From: Candidatus Methylomirabilia bacterium
GTDB taxonomy: Bacteria; Methylomirabilota; Methylomirabilia; Rokubacteriales; CSP1-6
Direction of reading: 5' to 3'
Assembly (NCBI GenBank): GCA_041497895.1
Contig: JBGQHJ010000058.1
Location: 1 to 27,441 of the forward strand
DNA: 27,441 nt
A model generated the notes under the pieces. That model was not told the origin of the DNA. It saw only the letters and a program-made list of their open reading frames with translations, and ran no database searches. Positions 7,789 to 16,013 of the stretch are shown here, piece by piece. The position numbers and the translations under genes are program-made. Each line of letters opens with the position of its first letter. Positions within the stretch are counted from its first letter, which is position 1.

Positions 7789-9381
7789 CTAGGGCTGGAA
7801 GTAGGTGTCGCGGAAGCTCCCGTACGGCCCGTCGGCCCCCATGGTGTGGTTCACGAGCTTGCTGTTGTAGAGGGTGACGAAGGAGAGCTCGAGCAGGTTG
7901 AGCGCGGGCAGGTCCTCCTGGATCTGGCGCTGGGTCCGGGCGAACAGCTCCTTGCGCTTGGCCTGGTCGTTCTCGGTCTGCGCGGCGGTGAAGGCCACGT
8001 CCACGTCCTTGTTCTCGTAGCCGGCCGCGTTGGCGAACGGGGTGCCTTTCTTGATGTTGGCGCTGATGTACAGCCGCTGCACCCCCAGCGTCGGATCCGG
8101 CAGCAGGTAGAGGTAGTTCTGGGTGAGGTCGAACTCCCAGTTGTAGACCTGCCGGATGAAGGTGGCGATGTCGATGTTGCGCAGCTCCACGTCGATGCCG
8201 ATGCGGGCCAGGGCCTGCTTGATGTATTCCGCGGTGCGCGGGACCTCGGGCTGCACCGGCGGGAAGGTCAGCGAGACCTTGAAGCGCATGTTGCCGGCGC
8301 CGCGCTTGAGCCCGGCCTCGTCCAGGATCGCGTTCGCCTTCGCCACGTCGTACGGATACTGGGGCACGCCCTGGGTGGTGTAGAAGGGCGAGGACGAGAC
8401 GATGGGGCCGGTGGCCGGCTTGGCGAAGCCGAACCAGATGTTGTCCGCGATGAACTTGCGGTCGATGGCGTGCATCATCGCGTGCCGGACCCGCTTGTCC
8501 TTCAGGTGCTCCTCGCGCAGGTTGATCTCCACCATGTACATCGGCGCGAAGTACTCGTAGCCGCGCGTCTCCGCCTTCACGGTGGGCAGGGCGGTCAGGC
8601 GCTTGACGTCCGAGAGCGGCACCGGGTTGAACACTCCGAGCTGCACCTCCCCCTTCTCGATGGCGGCGGCCCGCGCGGCCGCGTCCGGGATGATCCGGAT
8701 CACGATCGCGTCGAGGTACGGCTTGCCCTTGTCCCAGTAGTTCGGGTTCTTCTCCAGGCGGATGAAGTCGCCCTTCTTCCACTCCTTGAAGACGAAGGGT
8801 CCGGTGCCGATCGGCGCGTTCAGGGCGGGGTGGGTGGTGAAGTCCTTCCCCTCGTAGACGTGCTTCGGCAGGACCTGGGACTCGTAGGAGCTGAACGCGG
8901 ACAGCATCATCGGGGTCGGATCCGACAGGTGGATCACCACCGTGCTGGCGTCGGGGGTGTCGACCGCGGTGACCTTGCTGAAGGTGACGCGCCCGCGCGG
9001 GTGGAGCTTCTTCCAGATCTCCTCGAGCGAGAACTTCACGTCCGCGGCGGTGAACGGCTTGCCGTCGTGCCAGGTGACGCCGCGGCGGAGCTTGAAGGTG
9101 TAGGTCTTGCCGTCCGGCGCGACCGTCCACGACTCGGCCAGCGCCGGCCGCGGCTTGAAGTCGAAGTCGTAGTCGAGCAGCCCCTCGTGGATCTTGGTCG
9201 ACACCGTTCCGATGAAGGTGGAGGTGTTGACGCCCGAGACCAGCGAGGCGGGCTCCGCCCCCTGCACGATGGTGAGGGTGCCGCCCGGACGCGGCTGGGC
9301 CCACGCCGGCAGGGCGAGGCCGGCGGGGAGGGTGAAGAGCATGGCGAGCACGGCGAGGCGGCGCAGGTTGAAACGATGCAT
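7789..9381 (-). CDS. Family 5 ABC substrate-binding protein (DppA/OppA-like)
   Basis: Sec signal peptide MHRFNLRRLAVLAML...AWA, then PALAESW, YTFKLRRGVTWHDGKPFTAADVKFS, PIGTGPF, NPNYW. GGGAG RBS before ATG 9381. Confidence 0.95.
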   Translation of the reverse strand: MHRFNLRRLAVLAMLFTLPAGLALPAWAQPRPGGTLTIVQGAEPASLVSGVNTSTFIGTVSTKIHEGLLDYDFDFKPRPALAESWTVAPDGKTYTFKLRRGVTWHDGKPFTAADVKFSLEEIWKKLHPRGRVTFSKVTAVDTPDASTVVIHLSDPTPMMLSAFSSYESQVLPKHVYEGKDFTTHPALNAPIGTGPFVFKEWKKGDFIRLEKNPNYWDKGKPYLDAIVIRIIPDAAARAAAIEKGEVQLGVFNPVPLSDVKRLTALPTVKAETRGYEYFAPMYMVEINLREEHLKDKRVRHAMMHAIDRKFIADNIWFGFAKPATGPIVSSSPFYTTQGVPQYPYDVAKANAILDEAGLKRGAGNMRFKVSLTFPPVQPEVPRTAEYIKQALARIGIDVELRNIDIATFIRQVYNWEFDLTQNYLYLLPDPTLGVQRLYISANIKKGTPFANAAGYENKDVDVAFTAAQTENDQAKRKELFARTQRQIQEDLPALNLLELSFVTLYNSKLVNHTMGADGPYGSFRDTYFQP

Positions 9382-9466
9382 GGTGGACTCCCTGTTATCG
9401 CAAGCGCGAGGTCGAATCGAGCGAGATGGCACTGGCGGGAAGGATAGTCGAGTTCGGCGCGCCCCG

Positions 9467-10711
9467 CTAGGCCAGGAAGGCGATGGGGGCGGCGCGGTAG
9501 ACCGGGCGGCCGCCCTGCACCACCTCGCGGCACGGGTTGTCGGCGATCCGGTAGGCGAGCTCGCCCGGCCGGTCCACGTCCCAGATCGCGAAGTCGGCCA
9601 GCTTGCCGACCTCGAGCGTGCCGCGCGAGTCGAGCACGCCCAGGGCCTTGGCGCCGTGGCGGGTGAAGCCCGCCAGTGCCTCCTCGGTGGTCAGCCCGAA
9701 GAGACGGCACGCCATGTTCATCATCATGGTCGGCGAGCAGGTGTGCGAGCTGACCGGGTTGCAGTTGGTGGCCAGTGCCATCTTGACCCCGTGCCGGCGG
9801 AAGAGCGCCACCGGCGGGCGCTGGGTCTCGGCCATCGTCCAGTGCGCGCCGGGCAGCAGGGTCGCGACCGTGTCCGCCTCCGCCATCGCGCGGATGGTCG
9901 CCTCGCCGGCGAACTCGAGGTGGTCGGCCGACAATCCCTTGAACCGGGCGACGAGATCGGCGGCGCCGAAGTCGCGGTACTGCTCGGCGTGCAGCTTGAC
10001 CGGCAGGCCGTGGGCGCGGGCGGCCTCGAACAGGCGGGTGATCTGGGCGTGAGAGAAGCCGGTGGGGTCGCAGAAGCCGTCCACCTGGTCCACCAGTCCT
10101 TGCGTCACCGCGGCGGGCAGTACGGTCTTGCACAGGTAGTCGATGTAGTCGTCGGGCCGACCCCGGTACTCGGGCGCGATCCCGTGGGCGCCCAGGAAGG
10201 TCGTCACGATGCGCACCGGCAGCGTCCGCGCCAGCTCGCGCCCGATGCGCAGGCAGCGCAGCTCGGTGTCGAGATCGAGGCCGGCGCCGGACTTGCTCTC
10301 GAGCGTGGTCATGCCCGCCGCGATCAGCTTGGCCACGCGCGCGGCGGACGCGGCGTAGATCTGCTCGTCGCTGGCCGCGCGGGTCTGGCGCACGAGGCCG
10401 CCGACCCCGCCGCCCGAGGCGATCATGTCCGCGCGGGTGCCGCCCTGGGTGAGGAGCTCGAAGTCGGCGAGGGCGTCACCGTAGTAGACCGCGTGGTTGT
10501 GGGGATCGACCAGGCCGGGCGTCAGCAGGCGGCCTTCGAGGTCGTGCACGGCGCGGGCGCTCGCGGCCGGCGGGGCGGGTAGCGCCGACTCCGCGCCGAC
10601 CCACGCGACGCGGCCGCCCTCGGCCGCGACCGCGCCGGCTTCGATGAGCCCGAACGGCGCACCGGCCGTCATCGTCGCCACCTTCCCGTTTCGCCAGAGG
10701 GCATCCCACAT
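9467..10711 (-). CDS. hutI: Imidazolonepropionase-like amidohydrolase (divergent HutI paralog)
   Basis: TPGLVDPHNH, GGG, TTLESKSG, TTFLGAH, DGFC, KLHAEQ, SADHLE, LLPGA, GKLADF. Several conserved active-site residues are changed (see findings), so the symbol is family-level only. Confidence 0.8.
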   Translation of the reverse strand: MWDALWRNGKVATMTAGAPFGLIEAGAVAAEGGRVAWVGAESALPAPPAASARAVHDLEGRLLTPGLVDPHNHAVYYGDALADFELLTQGGTRADMIASGGGVGGLVRQTRAASDEQIYAASAARVAKLIAAGMTTLESKSGAGLDLDTELRCLRIGRELARTLPVRIVTTFLGAHGIAPEYRGRPDDYIDYLCKTVLPAAVTQGLVDQVDGFCDPTGFSHAQITRLFEAARAHGLPVKLHAEQYRDFGAADLVARFKGLSADHLEFAGEATIRAMAEADTVATLLPGAHWTMAETQRPPVALFRRHGVKMALATNCNPVSSHTCSPTMMMNMACRLFGLTTEEALAGFTRHGAKALGVLDSRGTLEVGKLADFAIWDVDRPGELAYRIADNPCREVVQGGRPVYRAAPIAFLA

Positions 10712-10767
10712 CGCGTCGACCTCCCGTGGATCGGCCCTGGTGCTCCCGGCCGTCGTGAGCTTGGCGC

Positions 10768-10776
10768 AGTCTAGCA
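10768..10776 (-). promoter_or_regulatory. Putative extended -10 promoter upstream of the hutI-like gene
   Basis: TGcTAGACT on the minus strand in the 70-bp intergenic gap, with a GGAGG RBS further downstream. Confidence 0.4.
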
Positions 10777-10781
10777 GACCG

Positions 10782-12065
10782 TCAGCGTCGAGTGGCCGGC
10801 GGCCCGCCGGGCGCGGCGGCGCTCCGCCGGTCGGCGCAGATCGCCCCGCCCTTGAGCACGAGCTCGATGCGCGCCGGATCCCGCAGCATCGTCACGTCGT
10901 CGAGCGGGTTGCCCCCGACCACCACCAGATCCGCCCGCCGCCCCTTCTCGACGGTGCCGACCTCGTGCTCGAGCCCGAGGCACCGGGCGGCCCACTGGGT
11001 GGCCGCCCGCAGGGCCTGCATCGGCGTGAGGCCCGCCTCCACCAGGTACTCGAGCTCGAGCGCGTTCCGGGGATGCCCGTGGCCGCCCGCGTCGGTGCCC
11101 GCCGCGATCGGCACGCCCAGCTCGACGGCCCGCCGCACGCTGGCCACGTGGTGCGGATGGAGGGCGATCGCGCGCTCGCGCACGTGCGGCGCCGGGCTCT
11201 CGCGGTGGTAGACGTACACGGTGAGGGTGGGCACGAAGAAGGTGCCTTGCACCGCCATCTGCCCGAGCAGCGTCGGATCCTCGTCGAGGTAGCAGCCGTG
11301 CTCGATGGAGTCGACGCCCGCCTCGAGCGCGGTGCGCAGCCCGGGCCCGCCGAGGGCGTGGCACATCACGCGCCGCCCCAGCGCGTGCGCCTCCGCCACC
11401 AGCGCCTCCATCTCCGGCAGCGTGAAGGCGGCGTCGAGCGGCCCGTGGCCCGCCCGCGAGCTGGCCCCGCCGGTGGTCGCGGTCTTGATCACGTCCGCGC
11501 CCGCGCGCACCATGGCGCGCACCACGTCGCGCACCGCGTCCGGTCCGTTGGCCACGCTGTCCGGCAGGAGTGGATCGTAGGCCGCGCAGCAGCCGGGCCC
11601 GGCCGCGCGGTGGCCCGAGGGGCTGACGCGGTCGCCGATGCCGCCGGTCGGCGAGATGATCTGCACCGCCAGCACCAGGCGCGGCCCCGGGATCAGCCCC
11701 TGCTCGACCGCGAGCTTGAACCCCGCGTCGAGGCCGCCCCCGTCGCGGACGGTCGTGTAGCCCATGGCGAGCGTCTCCGCGAGCACGCGCGCGGTCCGCA
11801 GGTGCGCGGTGCTGGCCGGCTCGTCGAGCCCCCAGCGCGTGGCGAGCCCGTAGCCATGGGAGGCGAGGTGATCGTGGGCGTCGATGAGCCCGGGGATGAC
11901 GGTGCGGCCGCGGACGTCGATGACCTCGGCGTCGGAAGGCCAGGTGACGGCGGGCCGCGGGCCGGCCACGGCGATACGGTCGCCGTCGATGACGACGGCG
12001 GCGTCGGGGACGGGAGCCGCGTCGGTCCCGTCGATCAGGGTGGCGCCGGTGAGGACGCGGGTCAT
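10782..12065 (-). CDS. Metal-dependent amidohydrolase (Xaa-Pro dipeptidase/aryldialkylphosphatase-like subgroup)
   Basis: IPGLIDAHDH, GYTTVRD, GADVIK (carboxylated-Lys position), MCHA, SIEHG, AGTDAG, GRRADLV, GNPLDD. Confidence 0.92.
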   Translation of the reverse strand: MTRVLTGATLIDGTDAAPVPDAAVVIDGDRIAVAGPRPAVTWPSDAEVIDVRGRTVIPGLIDAHDHLASHGYGLATRWGLDEPASTAHLRTARVLAETLAMGYTTVRDGGGLDAGFKLAVEQGLIPGPRLVLAVQIISPTGGIGDRVSPSGHRAAGPGCCAAYDPLLPDSVANGPDAVRDVVRAMVRAGADVIKTATTGGASSRAGHGPLDAAFTLPEMEALVAEAHALGRRVMCHALGGPGLRTALEAGVDSIEHGCYLDEDPTLLGQMAVQGTFFVPTLTVYVYHRESPAPHVRERAIALHPHHVASVRRAVELGVPIAAGTDAGGHGHPRNALELEYLVEAGLTPMQALRAATQWAARCLGLEHEVGTVEKGRRADLVVVGGNPLDDVTMLRDPARIELVLKGGAICADRRSAAAPGGPPATRR

Positions 12066-12074
12066 CGCCGGCGC

Positions 12075-12103
12075 ATTATGCTGGGGCCGGCGATACGACG
12101 CAA
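12075..12103 (-). promoter_or_regulatory. Putative sigma70 promoter (near-leaderless) for the amidohydrolase at 12065
   Basis: TTGCGT (12103-12098), 17-nt spacer, CATAAT (12080-12075), 9 nt before the ATG, no SD sequence. Confidence 0.45.
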
Positions 12104-12106
12104 GCG

Positions 12107-12127
12107 CCGGTCGGCGCGTCCGACCGG
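12107..12127 (-). terminator. GC-rich hairpin just downstream of the DUF6496 gene, possible terminator
   Basis: CCGGTCGG-cgcgt-CCGACCGG, 8-bp perfect stem starting 6 nt after the stop codon; no U-tract. Confidence 0.3.
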
Positions 12128-12133
12128 GCGCGA

Positions 12134-12352
12134 CTAGCCGCGGCGCCCGCGGCGCCTGCGCGGGACCTTCTTGCCCTTCTTGCGGGCCTCCGAGAGCGCG
12201 ATGGCGATGGCCTGCTTCCGGCTCTTCACCTTGCCGCCCTTGCCGCCTTTCCCGCTCCGCAACGTCCCCCGCTTCCGCCGGCGCATCGCGCGCTCCACGT
12301 CACGGCTCACGCCGGGGCTGTACTTCCGCCTGCTGGCCTTCTTCCTCGCCAT
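12134..12352 (-). CDS. DUF6496-like small, very basic protein
   Basis: GTLRSGKGGKGGKVKSRKQAIAIALSEARKKGKKVP is the characteristic family motif; about 31 of 72 residues are K or R. GGGAG RBS. Confidence 0.85.
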   Translation of the reverse strand: MARKKASRRKYSPGVSRDVERAMRRRKRGTLRSGKGGKGGKVKSRKQAIAIALSEARKKGKKVPRRRRGRRG

Positions 12353-12431
12353 GTCCGGGCTCCCTGTCGGCTCGAGATTGGGCGATCGGGAGCGGGCCGC
12401 GCGGGCGCCGGCCCCACCGCCCGGCTGCGGG

Positions 12432-12758
12432 TTATGCCGGGGCGATCCTGGTCGCCACCATCTCGCCTCGGCGGTTCTTGTAGCTGACCTTTACCCGGTC
12501 GCCCCGCTTCAGGGTGCCGAGCTGCGGCGTGGTGTCGGTGTCCGCCTTCGGGCTGAACGTGCCGCGGTCGGGGGTCCTCACCGTGAGCATCAAGGTTTCC
12601 TTGTTCACCGCCACCACCCGGCCGGTCACCTGGTGCGGCAGCGAGAACATGCTGGGCCTCTCCGCGGGCGCCGACATCGCGCCCTGGGCGGCCAGGCCGG
12701 GAGCGGCCGACAGCCGCGCCATCAGTGCGGCTCCCACGAGACTCCTCGTCTTGCTCAT
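12432..12758 (-). CDS. Small, probably exported OB-fold-like hypothetical protein (DUF5666/DUF1344-like)
   Basis: Ala-rich signal-like N-terminus, then VTGRVVAVN...LTV...LKRGDRVKVSY...ATRI. GGAGG RBS. Confidence 0.7.
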   Translation of the reverse strand: MSKTRSLVGAALMARLSAAPGLAAQGAMSAPAERPSMFSLPHQVTGRVVAVNKETLMLTVRTPDRGTFSPKADTDTTPQLGTLKRGDRVKVSYKNRRGEMVATRIAPA

Positions 12759-12818
12759 GGACTCTGTCCTCCCGGCTGACGCACGGCCGGGCGCGGGCGC
12801 GTGCCGTGTGGCCGAGAC

Positions 12819-15800
12819 CTAGCGGATCCAGCGCGTGTCGCCGCTCCGGACGAAGTGGAGGCCGGGGCGGACTGGAGTGCCGACCTGGGCCGCCCAGTGC
12901 GACGCGTAGGCCAGGATCTGAGGCGCGTATCGGTCCACGAGCTGATCAACGCCGGGGGCGAGCTGGTCGGTCTTGTAGTCGACCAGGGTCCAGCCCTGGG
13001 CGGTCTTGAAGGCCAGGTCGATCACCCCGTGTAGCAGGCGCGGTGGCACCCCCGACGCTTCCACCCGGATCGCGAACGGCACCTCCACCGCGCGCTCATC
13101 GGCGGCCAGCGCCTCTCGCCAGAACTCGGCGGTCATCACGCGCGCCACCGTGTCGAGCGCCTCCGGGATCACCCGGCGCAGCTCCGGCTTGTCGAACGCG
13201 AACCAGGTGGCGAGGCGCTCCAGGTGCTCGCGGTCGCGCTGGGGGCCGCGCATGGCGTGCTCGAGCAGGAAGTGGATCAGGCTGCCCCAGGCCATGCCGG
13301 TGTCCGGCTCGCGCGTCTTGCCCTCCTGCAGCGGGTGGCCGTACGGGCCGGCCCGGTGGGCGGTGCCGGTCACGGACTCGACCTGCCAGGACGGTGCACG
13401 CAGCGCCTCCTCCCGCGCTTGCCGAGCGACTGCGGCCGCGGCCCGGGTCCCGGCGCTCAGGTCGGGCGGCGCGGCCACGGGCGGCACCGCGATCGGCGGG
13501 ACCGCCAGGACCGCCGCCTTGGCGAGGTAGGGCTCGAGCATCTGCCACGGCCGGCCGCGTCCACCGGCGTTCGCGGGCCGGCTCACCACCAGTAGATCGC
13601 GCGCCCGCGTGGCCGCGACGTACAGGAGCCGGCGCTGCTCGGCCTCGACGTAGGCACGCTCCTCCTCCTGGTGCGCTTTCCATCCCGCGGGCCGTCCGAG
13701 GACGGCCCGGCCGAACTCGCCCTTCGGCCGCGAGAGCTCGAAGTAGCCCTGGGCACTGAGCCCGTCGCGGACGACCCGGACGTCGACGCGATCGATCCAG
13801 CCCCGCACCGGATCGGCGAGGAAGACTACCGGGGCCTCGAGACCCTTGGCCTTGTGTAGGTTCATCACGCGCACGACGTTGGTGCGGCCGGGCTCGAGCG
13901 GCACGGATTCCACCTCGGCCGAGCTCAGGTCATCGATGAGGGCCTCCGCCGCGTCGGCGAGCGTGCCGCCCTGCTCGGTGACCTGGCGGATGCGGTCCAC
14001 CGCGTGCAGCAGGTCGCCCGCTTCCGCCCCGCCGGGACTGCCTGCGGTGGTGGTGGCCAGCAGGCCGACCGCCTCCAGGATTTGCTCGACCGCGGCCGGC
14101 GCGGGCAGGCGGCGGATCCACTCGTACATGCGCCGCATCGCGCGCAGCGCCTCGCCGACCGGGCCGGCCATCTCGGCCACGTCCGGCGCGGTGACGAGGA
14201 ACCCCGCGCCGGTCTGCCGATGCCGGAACAGCTCGGCGTCGCTCAGGCCGAAGAGCGGTCCGCGCAGGACCCCCACCACCGCGGGCCCATCGTCGGGGTC
14301 GGCCAGCGCGCGCAGCAGGCCGGCCAGCCCGGTGACGGCGGACGACTGCGCGAAGGCCGCCCCACCGCTCACCTCGACGGGCAGGCGCAGGGCCTCGAGC
14401 TCCCGGGTGTAGGTCGGCAGGGCCTTCCGCGTCCGGGTCAGGATCAGGAAGTCGCCGGGCGCGCGTCGGCGCGCGTCCACCTGCGCCCGGATGAATCGCG
14501 CGATCACCGCGGCGTCGAACGCGGCCACCGCGTCGCCGCCCGAGACGGTCTCGGGAATCTCGAGAGCGCGCACGCCCAGCGCGGCCCCGCTCTCGTCGCG
14601 CGCGGCCTGGAGGCCGGCGAAGCCGGGCTGATGCGGCGTGGGCTCGACCGGGAACAGCGCGCCGAAGGCGCGGTTGATCCAGTCGCACAGGGCGGGCACG
14701 GAGCGGAAGCACGCGGTGAGCGTGGTGACCTGGCCGCCGGTCGCCTCGATCCGCTGGCGCACCCGCTGGTAGATGTCGATGTCCGCCCGGCGGAATCGAT
14801 AGATCGACTGCTTGGGATCGCCCACCACGAACAACGCGCCCGGCCGGAGGGGCACGCGCGTCCACTCCCGCTCCGCGCTCGGCGCGCCCGCGAGCAGCAG
14901 GATCACCTCGGCCTGGATCGGATCCGTGTCCTGGAACTCGTCCACGAAGAGCCAGCGATACTTGTCCTGGAGCGCGGCGCGCACCTCCGCGTTGTCGCGC
15001 AGCAGGGTCGCGGCGTACTGGAGCAGGTCGTTGTAGTTCAGGGTGACCGCCCGCCGGCGGGCCGCGGCGGCGTGCTCCCGGCCCTCCAGCAGCAGGGTCA
15101 GGGCGAGGCGGTAGACGTACTGCAGCCACGCGTCCATGAACGGCAGGGCGTCGCGGTGGAGCTCGGCGAAGATCGTCTCCACCGGCTCCTTGTCCGCCCG
15201 GCCGCGCGGCCACCACTTCTGCACGATCCGGGGCTCGCCCTCCCATTCGGCGACCAGCTCGGCCACCACGCGCGGCTCGTCGAGGGCCGCCACCCGGAGA
15301 CGCCGCGCGAACTCGCGCATGCGCTTCTGGACGCTGCAGGTGGTCTCGCGCGGCGCCCCGTCGGGCAGAAGGCCGGTCAGCGCCGCCCAGAAACGCTCGA
15401 GCGCCACGCGCGCCGGCGCCGGATCCGGTCGCGGCGCGTCGCCGGCCGGGAAGGTCACCTCGGGGTAGTTGCACACCCGGTCGAACGCCGGGTCCAGATC
15501 GACGGGTCGCGCCCCCGCGTCCAGCAGCTCCCGCAGCGCCGCCGAGCCCTGGCCGCGCTGGCGGTCGAGGTAGTCGCGCCAGGCCCATCGCCGCTGGTCC
15601 ATCTCGGCGACCTCGTCGAGCTCGCGGAAGCCCGGCGCCACGTCGGCCTCGACGGGCCGCTCGCGCAGCAGATGGGCGCAGAAGGCGTGGATGGTGCCGG
15701 CGAAGAGCCGCTCGAGGTGCCGCAGGGCCTGCTGGGCGCGCTCCCGCCGGGCGGCCTCCCGCTCGACCAAGAGCGCGCTCTCCAGCGTGAGCTGAAAGCG

Positions 15801-16013
15801 AGCGCGCAGCTCCGCCGCCGCCTTCCGGGTGAAGGTGACCGCGGCCATCTGCTGGACCTGGTAGCGGCCCTCCAGCACGCCCATCGCCATCCGCTGGGCG
15901 AGGCACTCGGTCTTGCCGGAGCCGGCGCCCGCCTCGACCAGCAGGTTGACGTCGAGGCGCTCGCGGATCAGGTCCCGGGCCGCCTGGTCGGGCGCGGGCG
16001 GCCGTCTACTCAT
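12819..16013 (-). CDS. addA: AddA-type UvrD/SF1 helicase with C-terminal RecB-family nuclease
   Basis: AGAGSGKT, TFTRKAAAEL, TIHAFC, VDEFQD, VGDPKQSIYRFR, FRS, HKAKGLE, LYVAATRAR. Nuclease motifs EVPF, GVIDL, VDYKT, QILAY. Confidence 0.92.
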   Translation of the reverse strand: MSRRPPAPDQAARDLIRERLDVNLLVEAGAGSGKTECLAQRMAMGVLEGRYQVQQMAAVTFTRKAAAELRARFQLTLESALLVEREAARRERAQQALRHLERLFAGTIHAFCAHLLRERPVEADVAPGFRELDEVAEMDQRRWAWRDYLDRQRGQGSAALRELLDAGARPVDLDPAFDRVCNYPEVTFPAGDAPRPDPAPARVALERFWAALTGLLPDGAPRETTCSVQKRMREFARRLRVAALDEPRVVAELVAEWEGEPRIVQKWWPRGRADKEPVETIFAELHRDALPFMDAWLQYVYRLALTLLLEGREHAAAARRRAVTLNYNDLLQYAATLLRDNAEVRAALQDKYRWLFVDEFQDTDPIQAEVILLLAGAPSAEREWTRVPLRPGALFVVGDPKQSIYRFRRADIDIYQRVRQRIEATGGQVTTLTACFRSVPALCDWINRAFGALFPVEPTPHQPGFAGLQAARDESGAALGVRALEIPETVSGGDAVAAFDAAVIARFIRAQVDARRRAPGDFLILTRTRKALPTYTRELEALRLPVEVSGGAAFAQSSAVTGLAGLLRALADPDDGPAVVGVLRGPLFGLSDAELFRHRQTGAGFLVTAPDVAEMAGPVGEALRAMRRMYEWIRRLPAPAAVEQILEAVGLLATTTAGSPGGAEAGDLLHAVDRIRQVTEQGGTLADAAEALIDDLSSAEVESVPLEPGRTNVVRVMNLHKAKGLEAPVVFLADPVRGWIDRVDVRVVRDGLSAQGYFELSRPKGEFGRAVLGRPAGWKAHQEEERAYVEAEQRRLLYVAATRARDLLVVSRPANAGGRGRPWQMLEPYLAKAAVLAVPPIAVPPVAAPPDLSAGTRAAAAVARQAREEALRAPSWQVESVTGTAHRAGPYGHPLQEGKTREPDTGMAWGSLIHFLLEHAMRGPQRDREHLERLATWFAFDKPELRRVIPEALDTVARVMTAEFWREALAADERAVEVPFAIRVEASGVPPRLLHGVIDLAFKTAQGWTLVDYKTDQLAPGVDQLVDRYAPQILAYASHWAAQVGTPVRPGLHFVRSGDTRWIR

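Noticed and set aside
5924..9304. 1126-aa track ORF suggesting a giant permease fusion (similarly 3191-5137, 16006-19440, 24146-25822, 25192-26568)
   Set aside because: Only the C-terminal parts are real; the true starts are at coupled or promoter-supported codons (6772, 4459, 19062, 24839, 25819).
9467..10711. Histidine utilisation (hut) operon
   Set aside because: No hutH, hutU, hutG/F or hutC in the window, and key HutI substrate residues are substituted.
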